The notes: generated by a model not told the origin, from the letters alone. Shown: positions 20,752-31,531, numbered from the stretch's first letter. The stretch: DNA of 64,000 nt from an uncultured Desulfurococcaceae archaeon (GCA_964592745.1 CAZQFL010000003.1:5450-69449), one strand, 5' to 3'. Numbers and translations are program-made.

Positions 20752-21348
20752 ATGAGATGTCCTTACTGCGGTTCGAGTAGAGTTGTATGGGATTATGAAA
20801 AAGGTGAAGTAATATGTGTTCGTTGCGCTTCAGTAATTGACAAAATATACTATGATGTAGGTAACTCATTATCAGAGGAGTTAATGGAGAGATCGTTAAG
20901 AAGCAATTCATATAGTAGGTATAAGAATTATCCGAGGTTAAAGAGTATAACGTTAACTTACCTAAAGTTCCTGAGGAAAGTAAGCAGGCATAAGGGTGTT
21001 GTAGTTGATAATAGAGCTTTCCTTGACTACCTGAGTGGTAAGAGACCTCATGTAAAAATACTTAAACGTGAGTTTAATGAAGGTAAGTTAAGAGATGAAT
21101 TAATTAATAAGGTAATTAATGTAATTAACAAGTATCCTAGACTAAAGTCAAGAACGGACAGAGCAAAGCTTGCCTTAGCACTCATAGCTCTCGGTATAGC
21201 GAAAGGTGATAACGTACATAATGTTGTAAGTAAGGTAAGGGAGGATGCTAAACTTAGTACAACACACGTTAAAAGGTTAATTAGGCTAGTAATGCGTGAG
21301 AGTAGTTTCTTAAGAGATGTCAAGGAAATAGTACTTAGATCTAATTAG
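20752..21348 (+). CDS. tfb3: TFB3-like truncated TFIIB paralogue (Zn ribbon plus helical domain)
   Basis: CPYCGS...VWDYEKGEVICVRC Zn ribbon; 198 aa without two cyclin repeats; INKYPRLKSR...KLALAL block resembles Sulfolobales TFB3 as I recall it. Confidence 0.7.
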   Translation: MRCPYCGSSRVVWDYEKGEVICVRCASVIDKIYYDVGNSLSEELMERSLRSNSYSRYKNYPRLKSITLTYLKFLRKVSRHKGVVVDNRAFLDYLSGKRPHVKILKREFNEGKLRDELINKVINVINKYPRLKSRTDRAKLALALIALGIAKGDNVHNVVSKVREDAKLSTTHVKRLIRLVMRESSFLRDVKEIVLRSN

Positions 21349-21353
21349 AGCCA

Positions 21354-23267
21354 CTAACTCATTAATCTACTTAATTCATTCTTAACTATCTCAGCAACTA
21401 ACTTACCATCAACTTTACCTCTTACGATGCTCATTACCTTACCCATTACGAAATTAAATGCCTTAACTCCTCTCTTAATTATTTCATCTTTATTATCCTC
21501 AATGATTTTCCTAACTATTTTTACTACTTCATCTCTTGATAACCCCTTAAACTTGGAGATTATTTCATCGATTACAGCCTTAGGGTACCTTCTTGCGTAT
21601 TCAGCTAGAATTTCAGGTATAGCTTCTTTAGCTACCTCACCCTTACCTACAGCCAATAACACCTTTTTCAATGTACTGACATCAATGACATCAATATTCA
21701 CTCCCTCAGATTTTAATGACTTCATATGTATCATTAATGTTGATGCTATAATTCTTGGAGGTACATCATTACCTAATTCACTAACTAAGTCAAGATATAG
21801 ATGAAGCATGGGATCTTTAATGAGGTTAAATGCTAAGTCCTTACTAAGCTTATGTACCTCAACTAACTCTTTAAGTAACTCATCAGGTGTTTTAGGAACA
21901 TACTTGGATGCCTCTCTTAATATGCTCTCATCAACCTTAATGGGCGGAACATCGGTCTCTGGATACATACGAGCTGCGCCAGGTTGTGGTCTTAAATACC
22001 TTGTTGTGCCGTCAGGGTTAGCACCCCTAGTTTCTCTAGGTATACCTTTTAGAGCATATTTGACTCTATCTATAATAGCTTGAAGAGCTCTTTGAGCTCG
22101 ATCTTTATCAGATATGACAAAAGCGAAGGCATCTCTACCTTTCTTTAACTTAAGATATTTATATATTTCATTAGTAATCTCTTCATCAATCCCATAGCCA
22201 GGTAATTCATCACTATGTATTAAACCGCCAACACCCCCCCAAGCCTTAGCGTAGTCTGATAGCTCAGTCCCGAATCTCCTATTAGGCTGTACTTCAATCT
22301 TAAGTATACCTGAAAGCTTAGGTAGCTTAACAGCGTAAACTCTATTACCTTTCTCTATTAACTTCCTTATCAACTTACTTCTCGACTTCCTCACTATCTC
22401 TGTTATATCATAAATCTCGTAACTTAATTCATCCTCATGTAATCCTCTTCTCCTTAACTCATCCCTAATTTCTAGTAGCTTTAATTGTCTCATAACCTCA
22501 TACTTTATAACTTTAGGTATGAGTTCCAGCTTACTAACACCTTTAATCTCGGTCTTTACACCATTCTTTATTGAAACATTAAGATCTTGCCTTATAGTCC
22601 CTATTCCTCTCTTAACCTTACCTGTAAGCCTCATTATTAAACCAATCTTAAATGCAACTCTCAAAGCCTGTTCTGGAGATTTAATATCGGGCGTTGTTGC
22701 TATTTCAATGAGAGGAATACCTAGTCTGTCAAGATTGTACTTAACGTAACCTGGGCCTTCATCAACCTTTCGTGCTGCATCCTCCTCTACACATATGGTC
22801 TGGATACCTACTTTACCCTCTTCATCTTCCACATAACCGCCGATAGCTACTATAGCTGTTCTTTGAAAGCCTGTAGGGTTAGACCCATCAATCACTATCT
22901 TCCTCATTACATGTATCTCGTCTAGTATTGTGGAATGTAAAGCCTTAGCTATGGCAATAGCTATAGCTAAAGCCTCCCTATTTAATTCATGGGGAGGTTC
23001 TTCATCGAGTTCTACAAGACATGCGTGACCTTGAGGTACTTGGTAAATTATTTTCCTACCTCTTTGCATTTCGTAAAGAGCTGCAGGATCTATCTCTCCT
23101 ATTTCACTCTTTGCAGCTCTCAAGTACCTAATTACCTCTATTGTTGGTGTTGAGGAACTAGCAAGTCTTGCTGGACAATCACAGAATAATTTATGTTTAG
23201 TATCTAACTGCTGATGTATTTCCAGACCAACCCTTAATCCTAGTTCCTCATAGTTAAATTCAACCAT
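21354..23267 (-). CDS. gatE: Glu-tRNA(Gln) amidotransferase subunit E
   Basis: GLEIHQQL, MRKIVIDGSN, GTIRQDLNVS and RMYPETD. Confidence 0.97.
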   Translation of the reverse strand: MVEFNYEELGLRVGLEIHQQLDTKHKLFCDCPARLASSSTPTIEVIRYLRAAKSEIGEIDPAALYEMQRGRKIIYQVPQGHACLVELDEEPPHELNREALAIAIAIAKALHSTILDEIHVMRKIVIDGSNPTGFQRTAIVAIGGYVEDEEGKVGIQTICVEEDAARKVDEGPGYVKYNLDRLGIPLIEIATTPDIKSPEQALRVAFKIGLIMRLTGKVKRGIGTIRQDLNVSIKNGVKTEIKGVSKLELIPKVIKYEVMRQLKLLEIRDELRRRGLHEDELSYEIYDITEIVRKSRSKLIRKLIEKGNRVYAVKLPKLSGILKIEVQPNRRFGTELSDYAKAWGGVGGLIHSDELPGYGIDEEITNEIYKYLKLKKGRDAFAFVISDKDRAQRALQAIIDRVKYALKGIPRETRGANPDGTTRYLRPQPGAARMYPETDVPPIKVDESILREASKYVPKTPDELLKELVEVHKLSKDLAFNLIKDPMLHLYLDLVSELGNDVPPRIIASTLMIHMKSLKSEGVNIDVIDVSTLKKVLLAVGKGEVAKEAIPEILAEYARRYPKAVIDEIISKFKGLSRDEVVKIVRKIIEDNKDEIIKRGVKAFNFVMGKVMSIVRGKVDGKLVAEIVKNELSRLMS

Positions 23268-24600
23268 GATACCACCTAGGGAAGTAGTTCTCGTGATGTA
23301 TGCTTCCTAATTCCTTCACTAAATTACTCACAAATAATCTCTTAACCTCGTCCACGTCATTCACATTACCTAAGAGCCATGAAAGCTTAACGTAAGCTAC
23401 TTCAGGTAACATATCATCAGCACTTAGAACACCTGCTTTCAGTAGTTTCCTACCAGTTGTATAAACCTTCATATTTACTCTACCAAATAGTGTTTGAGTG
23501 GTCATTACTATAATAACGCCTTTATCAATTACCCTCTCAATTACTGGTACACAATCCTCTCTTATATGACCCAGTCCCGTTCCTTCTATAACTATACCTT
23601 TATAACCCATGCTTGCTAAGTATTCAATGATATTACAATCAATTCCTGGGAAAGCTTTAAGTAAGAATACCTTATCTGAGAACCTTGGTCTAAGTTTAAC
23701 GTTCTTACCTTTACTTCTTGGTATGTAGTCATTATTTAGGAGTATGAAATCGCCTGTGGTTGGCACAACCTTGGCTAAGGGAATGTCATTTATACTTTGA
23801 AATGCGTCCCTACGACTTGAATGCATTTTCCTAACCCTAACTCCTCTATGTACTAATATGTACGTGTCTGAAGTATAGCCATGCATACATACGGTGACTT
23901 CACCAAAAGGTGCTTTTGAAGCTGTTATAATACTGCCTCTAAGGTTCATTACTGCATCAGTACTAGGTCTATCACTACTTCTTTGAGAACCGACGAGAAT
24001 TACTGGTCCAGGTAGGCTCTGGATAGCAAATGCTAAAGCTGCGGCCGTGTATGACATAGTATCTGTTCCATGAGCAATAATGACGGAGTCAGCACCTTTC
24101 ATGAATTTCGCAGCAACTACCTTAGCTATTTCCTCCCAATGCTTAGGTGTCATATTCTCACTCAGTAGCCTAAAGACTTCTTCGACTTCAACATAAGAGA
24201 CTATATCTAGTAAGTTTGGAACCATGTCTATAAGTTCGGCAACATTAATGGCAGGTCTAACAGCTCCAGTCTCGTATTCGACTTTACTCATAATTGTTCC
24301 ACCAGCACTTATGAATGCAAGTCTAAGCGATCCCTTACCTTCAATCCTAGTTCTCTCCATAGGATATTCCTTACCTATACTAATCTTGGACTTACTTAAT
24401 ACCTCAATTTCAGCATTACTCCTAGATATCCCAATGTTATAGCCATTACTTAACTTTATTATTATGATGTCTTCAGAACTAAACTCCGTTGCTGGCATTA
24501 CAATACCTTCAAGTACCTCTCCACTCCTTAATCTTACTCTTACAAAATCCCCCTCCTCAATATCATCACATCTACACTTAGAATTCAAACTAAGCACCAA
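23260..24600 (-). CDS. gatD: Glu-tRNA(Gln) amidotransferase subunit D
   Basis: KLSNGYNIG, GGTI, HGTDTM, GSQRSSDRPS and KMHSSRRDAF. Confidence 0.97.
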   Translation of the reverse strand: MVLSLNSKCRCDDIEEGDFVRVRLRSGEVLEGIVMPATEFSSEDIIIIKLSNGYNIGISRSNAEIEVLSKSKISIGKEYPMERTRIEGKGSLRLAFISAGGTIMSKVEYETGAVRPAINVAELIDMVPNLLDIVSYVEVEEVFRLLSENMTPKHWEEIAKVVAAKFMKGADSVIIAHGTDTMSYTAAALAFAIQSLPGPVILVGSQRSSDRPSTDAVMNLRGSIITASKAPFGEVTVCMHGYTSDTYILVHRGVRVRKMHSSRRDAFQSINDIPLAKVVPTTGDFILLNNDYIPRSKGKNVKLRPRFSDKVFLLKAFPGIDCNIIEYLASMGYKGIVIEGTGLGHIREDCVPVIERVIDKGVIIVMTTQTLFGRVNMKVYTTGRKLLKAGVLSADDMLPEVAYVKLSWLLGNVNDVDEVKRLFVSNLVKELGSIHHENYFPRWYHG

Positions 24601-24678
24601 AGAAGAAATAGTAATTCACTAAATAAGGTTCAAAGAGCTGATTTGTCTATGTAAAATCCTAGTTAGATTATACCTCCC

Positions 24679-24876
24679 TTATCCTTTAACCTTTCTCGGA
24701 ACAGATGATGGAGGTACTACTGTTGGTACAGGTAATCCTGCCTCCTTCCTCTTCCTTATCCAAAACTCTCTTCTATTCCTTACTCTAGGTGGTAAATTCC
24801 TCTTAGGCTTAGGTGGTATCTTTGGTGTTTGACTCCTTACCTTACCAGCCTTTGTCATTGAACCGTGGGTTGGCAT
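24679..24876 (-). CDS. rps30e: 30S ribosomal protein S30e
   Basis: [19 protein letters not shown]. Confidence 0.97.
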   Translation of the reverse strand: MPTHGSMTKAGKVRSQTPKIPPKPKRNLPPRVRNRREFWIRKRKEAGLPVPTVVPPSSVPRKVKG

Positions 24877-24933
24877 ACCAAATACCCTATAAGTCTGTAT
24901 TCCAGTGCTTAAAAACTAAATGCTCACTAAGTA

Positions 24934-26208
24934 ATGCTAGAGCGTAAATATATTTTAAGGATTATGTGTAGAAAGACTATGGTGCAGCTATTGAAGGTAT
25001 CCATAATAGATACCATTATAGGAGCGTTTGCTATGAATGAAAAGGGCGAGATAGTAGCGAAGACCTTCACCTCAACAGATATTAATAAGTTAGTTGAGAG
25101 AGCATTAGCCATTGAGGAGGGAGTGCCATCTACAGAGTTTAGTGAAGTACTTAAGGAGGTTAGTACTAAGGTACCTGATGCTGAATTAATTCTTGAACGT
25201 GAAGAATATGCAAGAGAGGTCTCAAGTAAGGGGCTAAAATTTAGTGTAGATCCAGGTCATGAGTTAGTCTTAAAGCTCAGGTCATTACTTCCTGAATTAG
25301 CTGTTGAGGGAGGTTTCATAAAGAGTAGGGAGGAGTGGATAAGCTTTGTCCACTTAGTATCGTTAAGAGTTACAAGGATGAAGTTAAGAAAGGTAGCTGA
25401 GAAGAGAGACTTATTAGCTATTCAAGCTATTAGAGCTATTGATGATATAGATAGAACGCTAAACTTATTTGCATCAAGACTTAGGGAATGGTATAGCATT
25501 CACTTCCCTGAACTAGATGACTTAATAAGAGAGCACCCAGTCTACACTAGGATAGTTTACGAACTTGGAGATAGAGAGAATATAATTAAGGATAAACTTG
25601 TTAAGCTAGGTGTTAGTGAAGCAAGAGCTGAAAGAATAGAGAAGGCGGCAAAGGAAAGTATAGGTGCAGAGCTCTCAGATTTTGATATTAAGCCAATAAG
25701 GACATTAGCAAACATCATGCTTGAGCTATGGAAATTAAGGGAAACTCTAACAGAGTATGTAGGTCAAGTAATGAGGGAGGTAGCACCAAATATTACTGAG
25801 TTAGTAGGACCATTACTAGGTGCTAGATTATTAAGTCTAGCTGGAAGTCTTGAATCCCTAGCTAAGCTTCCAGCAAGTACCATCCAAGTATTAGGTGCTG
25901 AGAAGGCATTATTCAGGGCGTTAAGGACAGGTGGTAAACCACCTAAGCATGGTGTTATATTCCAGTATCCTGACATACATAGATCACCTAGATGGCAGAG
26001 AGGTAAGATTGCTAGAGCATTAGCAACCAAGCTTGCAATAGCTGCTAGAGCAGATTACTTTACTGGAAGATTCATAGCAGATAGATTGAAGAAGATACTA
26101 CTTGAGAGGATTGAAGAGATTAAGAAGCTATATGCTAAACCACCACCAAGAGCACGTGTTGAGAGGCCAAGACCTAGGAGGAGAAGAAGGAGGTCTAAAG
26201 GTAAGTAA
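24934..26208 (+). CDS. nop5: Box C/D RNP protein Nop5 (Nop56/58); true start probably near 24979-24991
   Basis: RLREWYSIHFPEL, PASTIQVLGAEKALF and PKHGVIFQ; basic tail; upstream of fibrillarin. Confidence 0.96.
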   Translation: MLERKYILRIMCRKTMVQLLKVSIIDTIIGAFAMNEKGEIVAKTFTSTDINKLVERALAIEEGVPSTEFSEVLKEVSTKVPDAELILEREEYAREVSSKGLKFSVDPGHELVLKLRSLLPELAVEGGFIKSREEWISFVHLVSLRVTRMKLRKVAEKRDLLAIQAIRAIDDIDRTLNLFASRLREWYSIHFPELDDLIREHPVYTRIVYELGDRENIIKDKLVKLGVSEARAERIEKAAKESIGAELSDFDIKPIRTLANIMLELWKLRETLTEYVGQVMREVAPNITELVGPLLGARLLSLAGSLESLAKLPASTIQVLGAEKALFRALRTGGKPPKHGVIFQYPDIHRSPRWQRGKIARALATKLAIAARADYFTGRFIADRLKKILLERIEEIKKLYAKPPPRARVERPRPRRRRRRSKGK

Positions 26209-26272
26209 TTTACATAACAATCTCCGTTTAACCTTTAATACCTTTATAGAATATTAATCATAGGTGTGATTA

Positions 26273-26980
26273 TTGGCTGAAGTAGTCAAAGTTGAGGAGC
26301 ATCCACAATATAAGGGTGTATACATTGTTGAGTTAGAGGATGGCAGTACACGCCTTGCAACAAAGAATTTAGCACCAGGTCATAGAGTTTATGGTGAGTG
26401 GCTATTCAGAGTAGGTAGTGTTGAGTATAGGGAGTGGAATGCATATAGGAGTAAGTTAGCCGCTGCTCTACTTAAAGGCATTAAGGAGTTAGTGATAAAG
26501 GAAGGAAGTAAAGTTCTCTACCTAGGTGCTGGAAGCGGTACAACACCTAGTCACGTATCTGATCTAGTCGGTGAGAAAGGTATAGTCTATGCTGTAGAGT
26601 TCGCTCCTAGAGTTATGAGGGAATTAATAAATGTAGCTGAAACAAGGAAGAACTTAATACCTATTCTTGCTGATGCTAGATTCCCGAACAGATATGCACA
26701 TATAGTCGACTTAGTAGATATTATATACGCTGATGTAGCACAACCTGAGCAAGCATCATTAGTTAACATGAATGCTAAGTACTTCTTAAAGGATGGGGGA
26801 TACTTATATTTAGCCATCAAGGCTAGAAGCATAGATGTAACTAAGGAACCTGATGAGGTATATCGTAAGGAGATAAATACATTAAATGAGGGAGGATTTG
26901 AGATAATAGACGTAGTTCACCTAGATCCATTCGATAGAGACCATGCAATGGTATTAGCGAAGTATCATAGGAGAGGATAA
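26273..26980 (+). CDS. flpA: Fibrillarin-like rRNA/tRNA 2'-O-methyltransferase
   Basis: YREWNAYRSKLAA, VLYLGAGSGTTPSHVSD and DVAQPEQ. Confidence 0.97.
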   Translation: MAEVVKVEEHPQYKGVYIVELEDGSTRLATKNLAPGHRVYGEWLFRVGSVEYREWNAYRSKLAAALLKGIKELVIKEGSKVLYLGAGSGTTPSHVSDLVGEKGIVYAVEFAPRVMRELINVAETRKNLIPILADARFPNRYAHIVDLVDIIYADVAQPEQASLVNMNAKYFLKDGGYLYLAIKARSIDVTKEPDEVYRKEINTLNEGGFEIIDVVHLDPFDRDHAMVLAKYHRRG

Positions 26981-27025
26981 TTCAACATTACACTTATATT
27001 TCCATTAACACTATTTTTATAGGGT

Positions 27026-28018
27026 ATGAATTCAAGTAAAGAGAGTTCGTATGAGGATAGACGTAAGAAAATTAGGAAGGTAATTGAGAGAGTAAAGGAA
27101 GCGTTAAATCTAAGTAATAAAGATTATGTTATTGTAGAATTCCCGATACGTTACAAGGAGAGATCTATAGATATTGTAGCCTTAGATAATGAAGGACATA
27201 ATATGGTGATTAGGATAAAACCTTCAATAACCTTGAGTAGAGAGGAAATAGAGGACTTAGTAGAAGCATCGCTTGCTTTAGATGCCATACCTCTCATGGT
27301 ATCTGAGGATGAAAGTCTATACGACAATATAGTCTATGAACGTGAAGGTATATATGTACTCAATGAGCGAACTCTTGAGAACATATGTTTAAGACCTACA
27401 GAGTTAATCGCACTTTACAGGAAGGGTGATTTATACGTATCATTAAATAGTAGGGCATTTAAGGAATTAAAAACCTTGAAGAAGTATACATTAAGTGATT
27501 TATCGTTTAGAACTGGGATATCACGTAGGACCTTATTTGATTACGAGCGTGAAGACAGCATTATAAGTATTGATGTAGCTGAGAGGTTAGTTGATGTATT
27601 GGGCGAGGAGGTCGTAAAGACCATAAACCTCAAGATAATGCGTAAGGAGTTCATACGTAAAGTCTCAAAGATAAGAATGAATAAGAATAGGTTATCGAAG
27701 CTAGGTATGCTTAACAAGAAATTGAGGATATTAATCAAAGATAGAAATATAGAATCGATACATCACTTAAGAAAGTCAGCTCCTGACTTCATCATAAAGG
27801 ATGAGGAAAGGAGTTTTGAGACAGTTGTTGATGCTACGGTGAGAAAATACACGTTAAGAGAAGTGATAAAGAAGATCATAGAAACAGTTAAGATTACTGA
27901 CTTAATAAGTGGAAAGACTAACATTATCGTTAATCAAGAGAGGAGTAAAGTACTAATTGATGAACTATCCACACAGATAAGTATTAATAAGTTAGATATA
28001 GTGAAAATTAATGAATAA
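27026..28018 (+). CDS. Archaeal HTH transcriptional regulator (COG1395-like)
   Basis: SIDIVA nuclease-like N-domain and Cro-type HTH LSDLSFRTGISRRTLFDYER. Confidence 0.75.
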   Translation: MNSSKESSYEDRRKKIRKVIERVKEALNLSNKDYVIVEFPIRYKERSIDIVALDNEGHNMVIRIKPSITLSREEIEDLVEASLALDAIPLMVSEDESLYDNIVYEREGIYVLNERTLENICLRPTELIALYRKGDLYVSLNSRAFKELKTLKKYTLSDLSFRTGISRRTLFDYEREDSIISIDVAERLVDVLGEEVVKTINLKIMRKEFIRKVSKIRMNKNRLSKLGMLNKKLRILIKDRNIESIHHLRKSAPDFIIKDEERSFETVVDATVRKYTLREVIKKIIETVKITDLISGKTNIIVNQERSKVLIDELSTQISINKLDIVKINE

Positions 28019-28020
28019 AT

Positions 28021-28563
28021 ATGAATAAGAGAATCTTCATAAGTGGTAGACCGGGTGTTGGTAAGACTACTGTTTTCTTCAGGGTAATTAATGAAGTGAA
28101 ACGCCGTGGATTAAGTGTTGGCGGGTTTGTATGTCCTGAAGTTAGAGTTAGGGGTAGAAGAATAGGTTTTGATATTATTGACATAAGGACTGGTAGGAGA
28201 GGTAGATTAGCTAGATTATGTGGTATGGAATCCTCTAGCACTAAACCTGAATTACGTGTAGGTAGATACTGCATAATCCCATCTGAGGCTGAGGATATAG
28301 GTGTTAAGGCTATTGAAACTGCCATGAATTACTGTGATATCGTAGCAATAGATGAAATAGGTCCTATGGAACTTAAGGTACCTAAGTTATGTGAAGTAAT
28401 AGGTAAGGCATTAACATCGGGGAAGATAGTATTTGCTGTCATTCATAGAAGTATAGCCTCCAGGTATAGTACTCTCTATAAAGCTAAGTTACTCTGGATA
28501 GATGAAAGCAATAGAGAACACATCCATAGGGAGATCATAAATTTAATCTTGGGATACCTTTAA
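28021..28563 (+). CDS. THEP1-family nucleoside triphosphatase
   Basis: ISGRPGVGKTT, RIGF, VGRY and IDEIGPMEL. Confidence 0.93.
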   Translation: MNKRIFISGRPGVGKTTVFFRVINEVKRRGLSVGGFVCPEVRVRGRRIGFDIIDIRTGRRGRLARLCGMESSSTKPELRVGRYCIIPSEAEDIGVKAIETAMNYCDIVAIDEIGPMELKVPKLCEVIGKALTSGKIVFAVIHRSIASRYSTLYKAKLLWIDESNREHIHREIINLILGYL

Positions 28564-28660
28564 TACTTTAAGCAATATACATATCAACTAACCTATATTA
28601 GCTCCGAACACATTATATTCTATGAAAGGAAAATTAAATCAATGAGCAAGGTGTTTAGGG

Positions 28661-29047
28661 ATGGAATTATCGCTTGAGGAGAGAATACTTGAGATAGTTA
28701 AGGAAAAGACAAAAACCGAGGGTGGTGTTATTCAAAGTCTTCTCTGGGGTATGCTGGGAGTAGACAATAGAGAGGGAACTAAGGCTGTATTAAATTTAGT
28801 TAAGAAGGGCTTAATTAAAAGGGAACCAATCATATATAAGGGAAGGAGAACATACAAACTAATATATAACCCAACAATAATTGGTAAAGTAAGTGTTAAA
28901 GTGAGTCTTAATCCCGTAATGAATATACCATGCTTCACATGTAAGGAGTTATATAGATGTGGTGTTGGGAGCTACTTTAACCCACAGAAGTGTGTGTTAC
29001 TCTCTAATTTTGTTAGAAGTCTAAGTCTTAAGGAGAGGGCTTCTTAA
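28661..29047 (+). CDS. tfeB: Transcription factor E subunit beta (wHTH plus 4Fe-4S, RPC34-like)
   Basis: 128 aa wHTH with C-terminal PCFTC-x5-C...NPQKC cluster motif; near trm1/tfb/gar1. Confidence 0.8.
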   Translation: MELSLEERILEIVKEKTKTEGGVIQSLLWGMLGVDNREGTKAVLNLVKKGLIKREPIIYKGRRTYKLIYNPTIIGKVSVKVSLNPVMNIPCFTCKELYRCGVGSYFNPQKCVLLSNFVRSLSLKERAS

Positions 29048-30236
29048 TACATGAGATAACATCCTCCCACGATGCATTGGTCCTAATGTAATGACCCTCA
29101 TAGTGCGCTTTAGTACATTCATACCCTAAACTCCTTAAGCAATTACATATTACCTCAAGTTTAGGTATGTTAACTTTGAGGTATCTGGATAGAGTTGATA
29201 GATTAAATACCATATTAAGTCCTACCTCATTGATTAAGTTATTAAACAGTAAAATCATGTAATGATATGTTTGTAAATACCTGAAATTGGATTTAAGAAG
29301 CATCACTAGGTTATGTATGAATTCTTTGTCGCTGAGATCATTAATCCATAAAGGACCTATAACGGTTGCCTTCTCGTTTAAAGGACACTTAGGTAAGTTC
29401 TTAAAGTTCTTCATGTTCATTAAATCAATAAATACCCTATAACCTGATTCTTCACATATGAGGATGTAACCTAGCTTTGATTCTAACATCTTACTCGATT
29501 CTTTAGCTCCCTCATGTACCTCAACATAAACTCTGTAGTAGTGTTTATGTTTGTAAGCAATTAACGGCTTAATGTACTTATCATTTTCAGAAGCTCTTCT
29601 AGCTATGAATCCAATTAATACTCTTAGACCAATTTCATCTCCTATATCATTTTTACTTAGAAACACATCATACTTCCTCGAACCTGCCCACCAACGTGAT
29701 CCACTTAATGGAGCAGTATCAGTTGCTGTTACTGCAATTACGCCACCATCTCTTACGTTACTTATGGCAGATCTTATGAAAGGTGCAGGTGATCCAAAGG
29801 GATCTATGTCAATGTAGTCAAGCCTAATCCCTTCTCTGTTAAATTCGTATAGTAATTCATTAGCATCCTTTCTAAACGCTATTACCCTATCTCTAACGTT
29901 ATTTAACTTAATGTTACGTATTATTGCATTATAAGCGTTGTAATCAATATCGTTCGCAATACATGCAATTCCTATGTTTGACTCAACACAAAACCTTATA
30001 GCTCTTACACCAGTACCTGCAAGTATGTCAGCTACGTTGAAGATTCTACGACTTCTTGATCTACTCAAAAGAGCGGTAACTAATACAGCTATGTCTCTAT
30101 TCATGACCATTAGGGGATTATAGAATATTGGTGACCATGATGGTTCAATAACTCTATCTCTACGTACGTAGTCTTTAGGGTTAGGAACCACTATCTCTAC
30201 TTTACCTTCCCTAACAATTATTGTGTTCAAGTTCAT
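29028..30236 (-). CDS. trm1: tRNA (guanine26-N2)-dimethyltransferase
   Basis: FYNPLMVMNRD, LAGTGVRAIR, DIDPFGSP and VTATD. Confidence 0.95.
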   Translation of the reverse strand: MNLNTIIVREGKVEIVVPNPKDYVRRDRVIEPSWSPIFYNPLMVMNRDIAVLVTALLSRSRSRRIFNVADILAGTGVRAIRFCVESNIGIACIANDIDYNAYNAIIRNIKLNNVRDRVIAFRKDANELLYEFNREGIRLDYIDIDPFGSPAPFIRSAISNVRDGGVIAVTATDTAPLSGSRWWAGSRKYDVFLSKNDIGDEIGLRVLIGFIARRASENDKYIKPLIAYKHKHYYRVYVEVHEGAKESSKMLESKLGYILICEESGYRVFIDLMNMKNFKNLPKCPLNEKATVIGPLWINDLSDKEFIHNLVMLLKSNFRYLQTYHYMILLFNNLINEVGLNMVFNLSTLSRYLKVNIPKLEVICNCLRSLGYECTKAHYEGHYIRTNASWEDVISCIKKPSP

Positions 30237-30304
30237 GTAGGGTCTAGGATATCATATATTAACCACATTAAAAATGTTAAATACATTTGCTTAAGAGGCC
30301 AAAG

Positions 30305-31162
30305 TTATAAGTCAACAAATATGAGTATGTTATCAATTAAGTCTCTATATCTATTACGTATCGTCACTTCGGAGACATCAACAGTTAATGAAAGATCTCT
30401 TTGTGTTACCCTTTTACCAAGTAATATAGATGCTATGTAGAGTGCTGCAGCAGCTAAACCTTTAGGACCTTTACCTGATGTTAATCCATCACGTTTAGCA
30501 ACGTGAAGAATTCTTGAGGCAAGTGTTAATGCTTCAGGACTTAATTTCGCCTTATAGGCCATCTGACCTAAGTACCTACGAGGGTCAAGAGGTCTAACTC
30601 TAACTATTCCCGTAGTATCTCTTCGTATCTTCATTTCAGCATTCCATACTTCCTGTGTTGTTACCTGACATAGTTCAAGCACTTTCGAAGTCTCTAATGG
30701 TATTCCTAAATTCCTTGAGGCAAGAATAATTGATGCAGCCACCATAGCCTTAACGTTTCGCCTCTTTATTAGACCCTTCTTATGTAGTTTACTTAATATC
30801 ATACCTGCTTCCTCCTTAAGTTGAGCCGTTAACGGCGTGTTTAATCTAGCTACAACTGAGTTCATGAGCTCTAATGCTCTCACTAACCTTCTATCTTTAT
30901 TACTTAATGCTCTGATCTTCCTATTAAGTACATCGAGCTTCCTACCCAATCTTGAACCCGTATCTATGTGTGTTGTTAAGCCCTTATCATGGACCTTATT
31001 TGTTAAGGGACTACCTGCTCTTTCCTTCTGTAGATCCTCGTTACTAAAGATCCTCCACTCAGGCCCTAAATCGGGTGCATGGTCAAGAATCACTTCACCA
31101 GTCTCGACACATATATATTCTCCAGTTTTTTCATCATAGATTATAGATTCAGGTGAACACAT
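30305..31162 (-). CDS. tfb: Transcription initiation factor IIB
   Basis: Degenerate Zn ribbon, GPEWRIF B-reader, HDKGLTT, two cyclin repeats, and VSEVTIRNRY. Confidence 0.95.
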   Translation of the reverse strand: MCSPESIIYDEKTGEYICVETGEVILDHAPDLGPEWRIFSNEDLQKERAGSPLTNKVHDKGLTTHIDTGSRLGRKLDVLNRKIRALSNKDRRLVRALELMNSVVARLNTPLTAQLKEEAGMILSKLHKKGLIKRRNVKAMVAASIILASRNLGIPLETSKVLELCQVTTQEVWNAEMKIRRDTTGIVRVRPLDPRRYLGQMAYKAKLSPEALTLASRILHVAKRDGLTSGKGPKGLAAAALYIASILLGKRVTQRDLSLTVDVSEVTIRNRYRDLIDNILIFVDL

Positions 31163-31175
31163 AACAAATTACCCC

Positions 31176-31400
31176 CTACCTAGTGAATAGTTCATCATAA
31201 GGCTTCAACTCAGGGTGATCTGAAGGCTTAATGACTATGTAAGGTGAGTTTACAGGTCCTATAATGTCTATAACTCTACCAACGAATCTACCTCTAGAGT
31301 CGTAAACTCTAACACCTATTCTAGGAGGTCTATGAGCTAGTACTTTCGCAATTAGCCTACCCGATGGTGATTTGTGGAGGAAATAAGCTACACGTCTCAC
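31176..31400 (-). CDS. gar1: H/ACA RNP protein Gar1
   Basis: VGRVIDIIGPVNSPY; conserved position upstream of tfb. Confidence 0.92.
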   Translation of the reverse strand: MRRVAYFLHKSPSGRLIAKVLAHRPPRIGVRVYDSRGRFVGRVIDIIGPVNSPYIVIKPSDHPELKPYDELFTR

Positions 31401-31531
31401 TAAGGAGACACCATATAAACATTAAGACTATAGTAGTTATAAGGGTATAAATTTTTAAGACATAAATTGTTTTACGAAACATTATTTTCTTGGAAGTAAG
31501 TAATACGGTGGCTTACCTCACCACGAATTAC

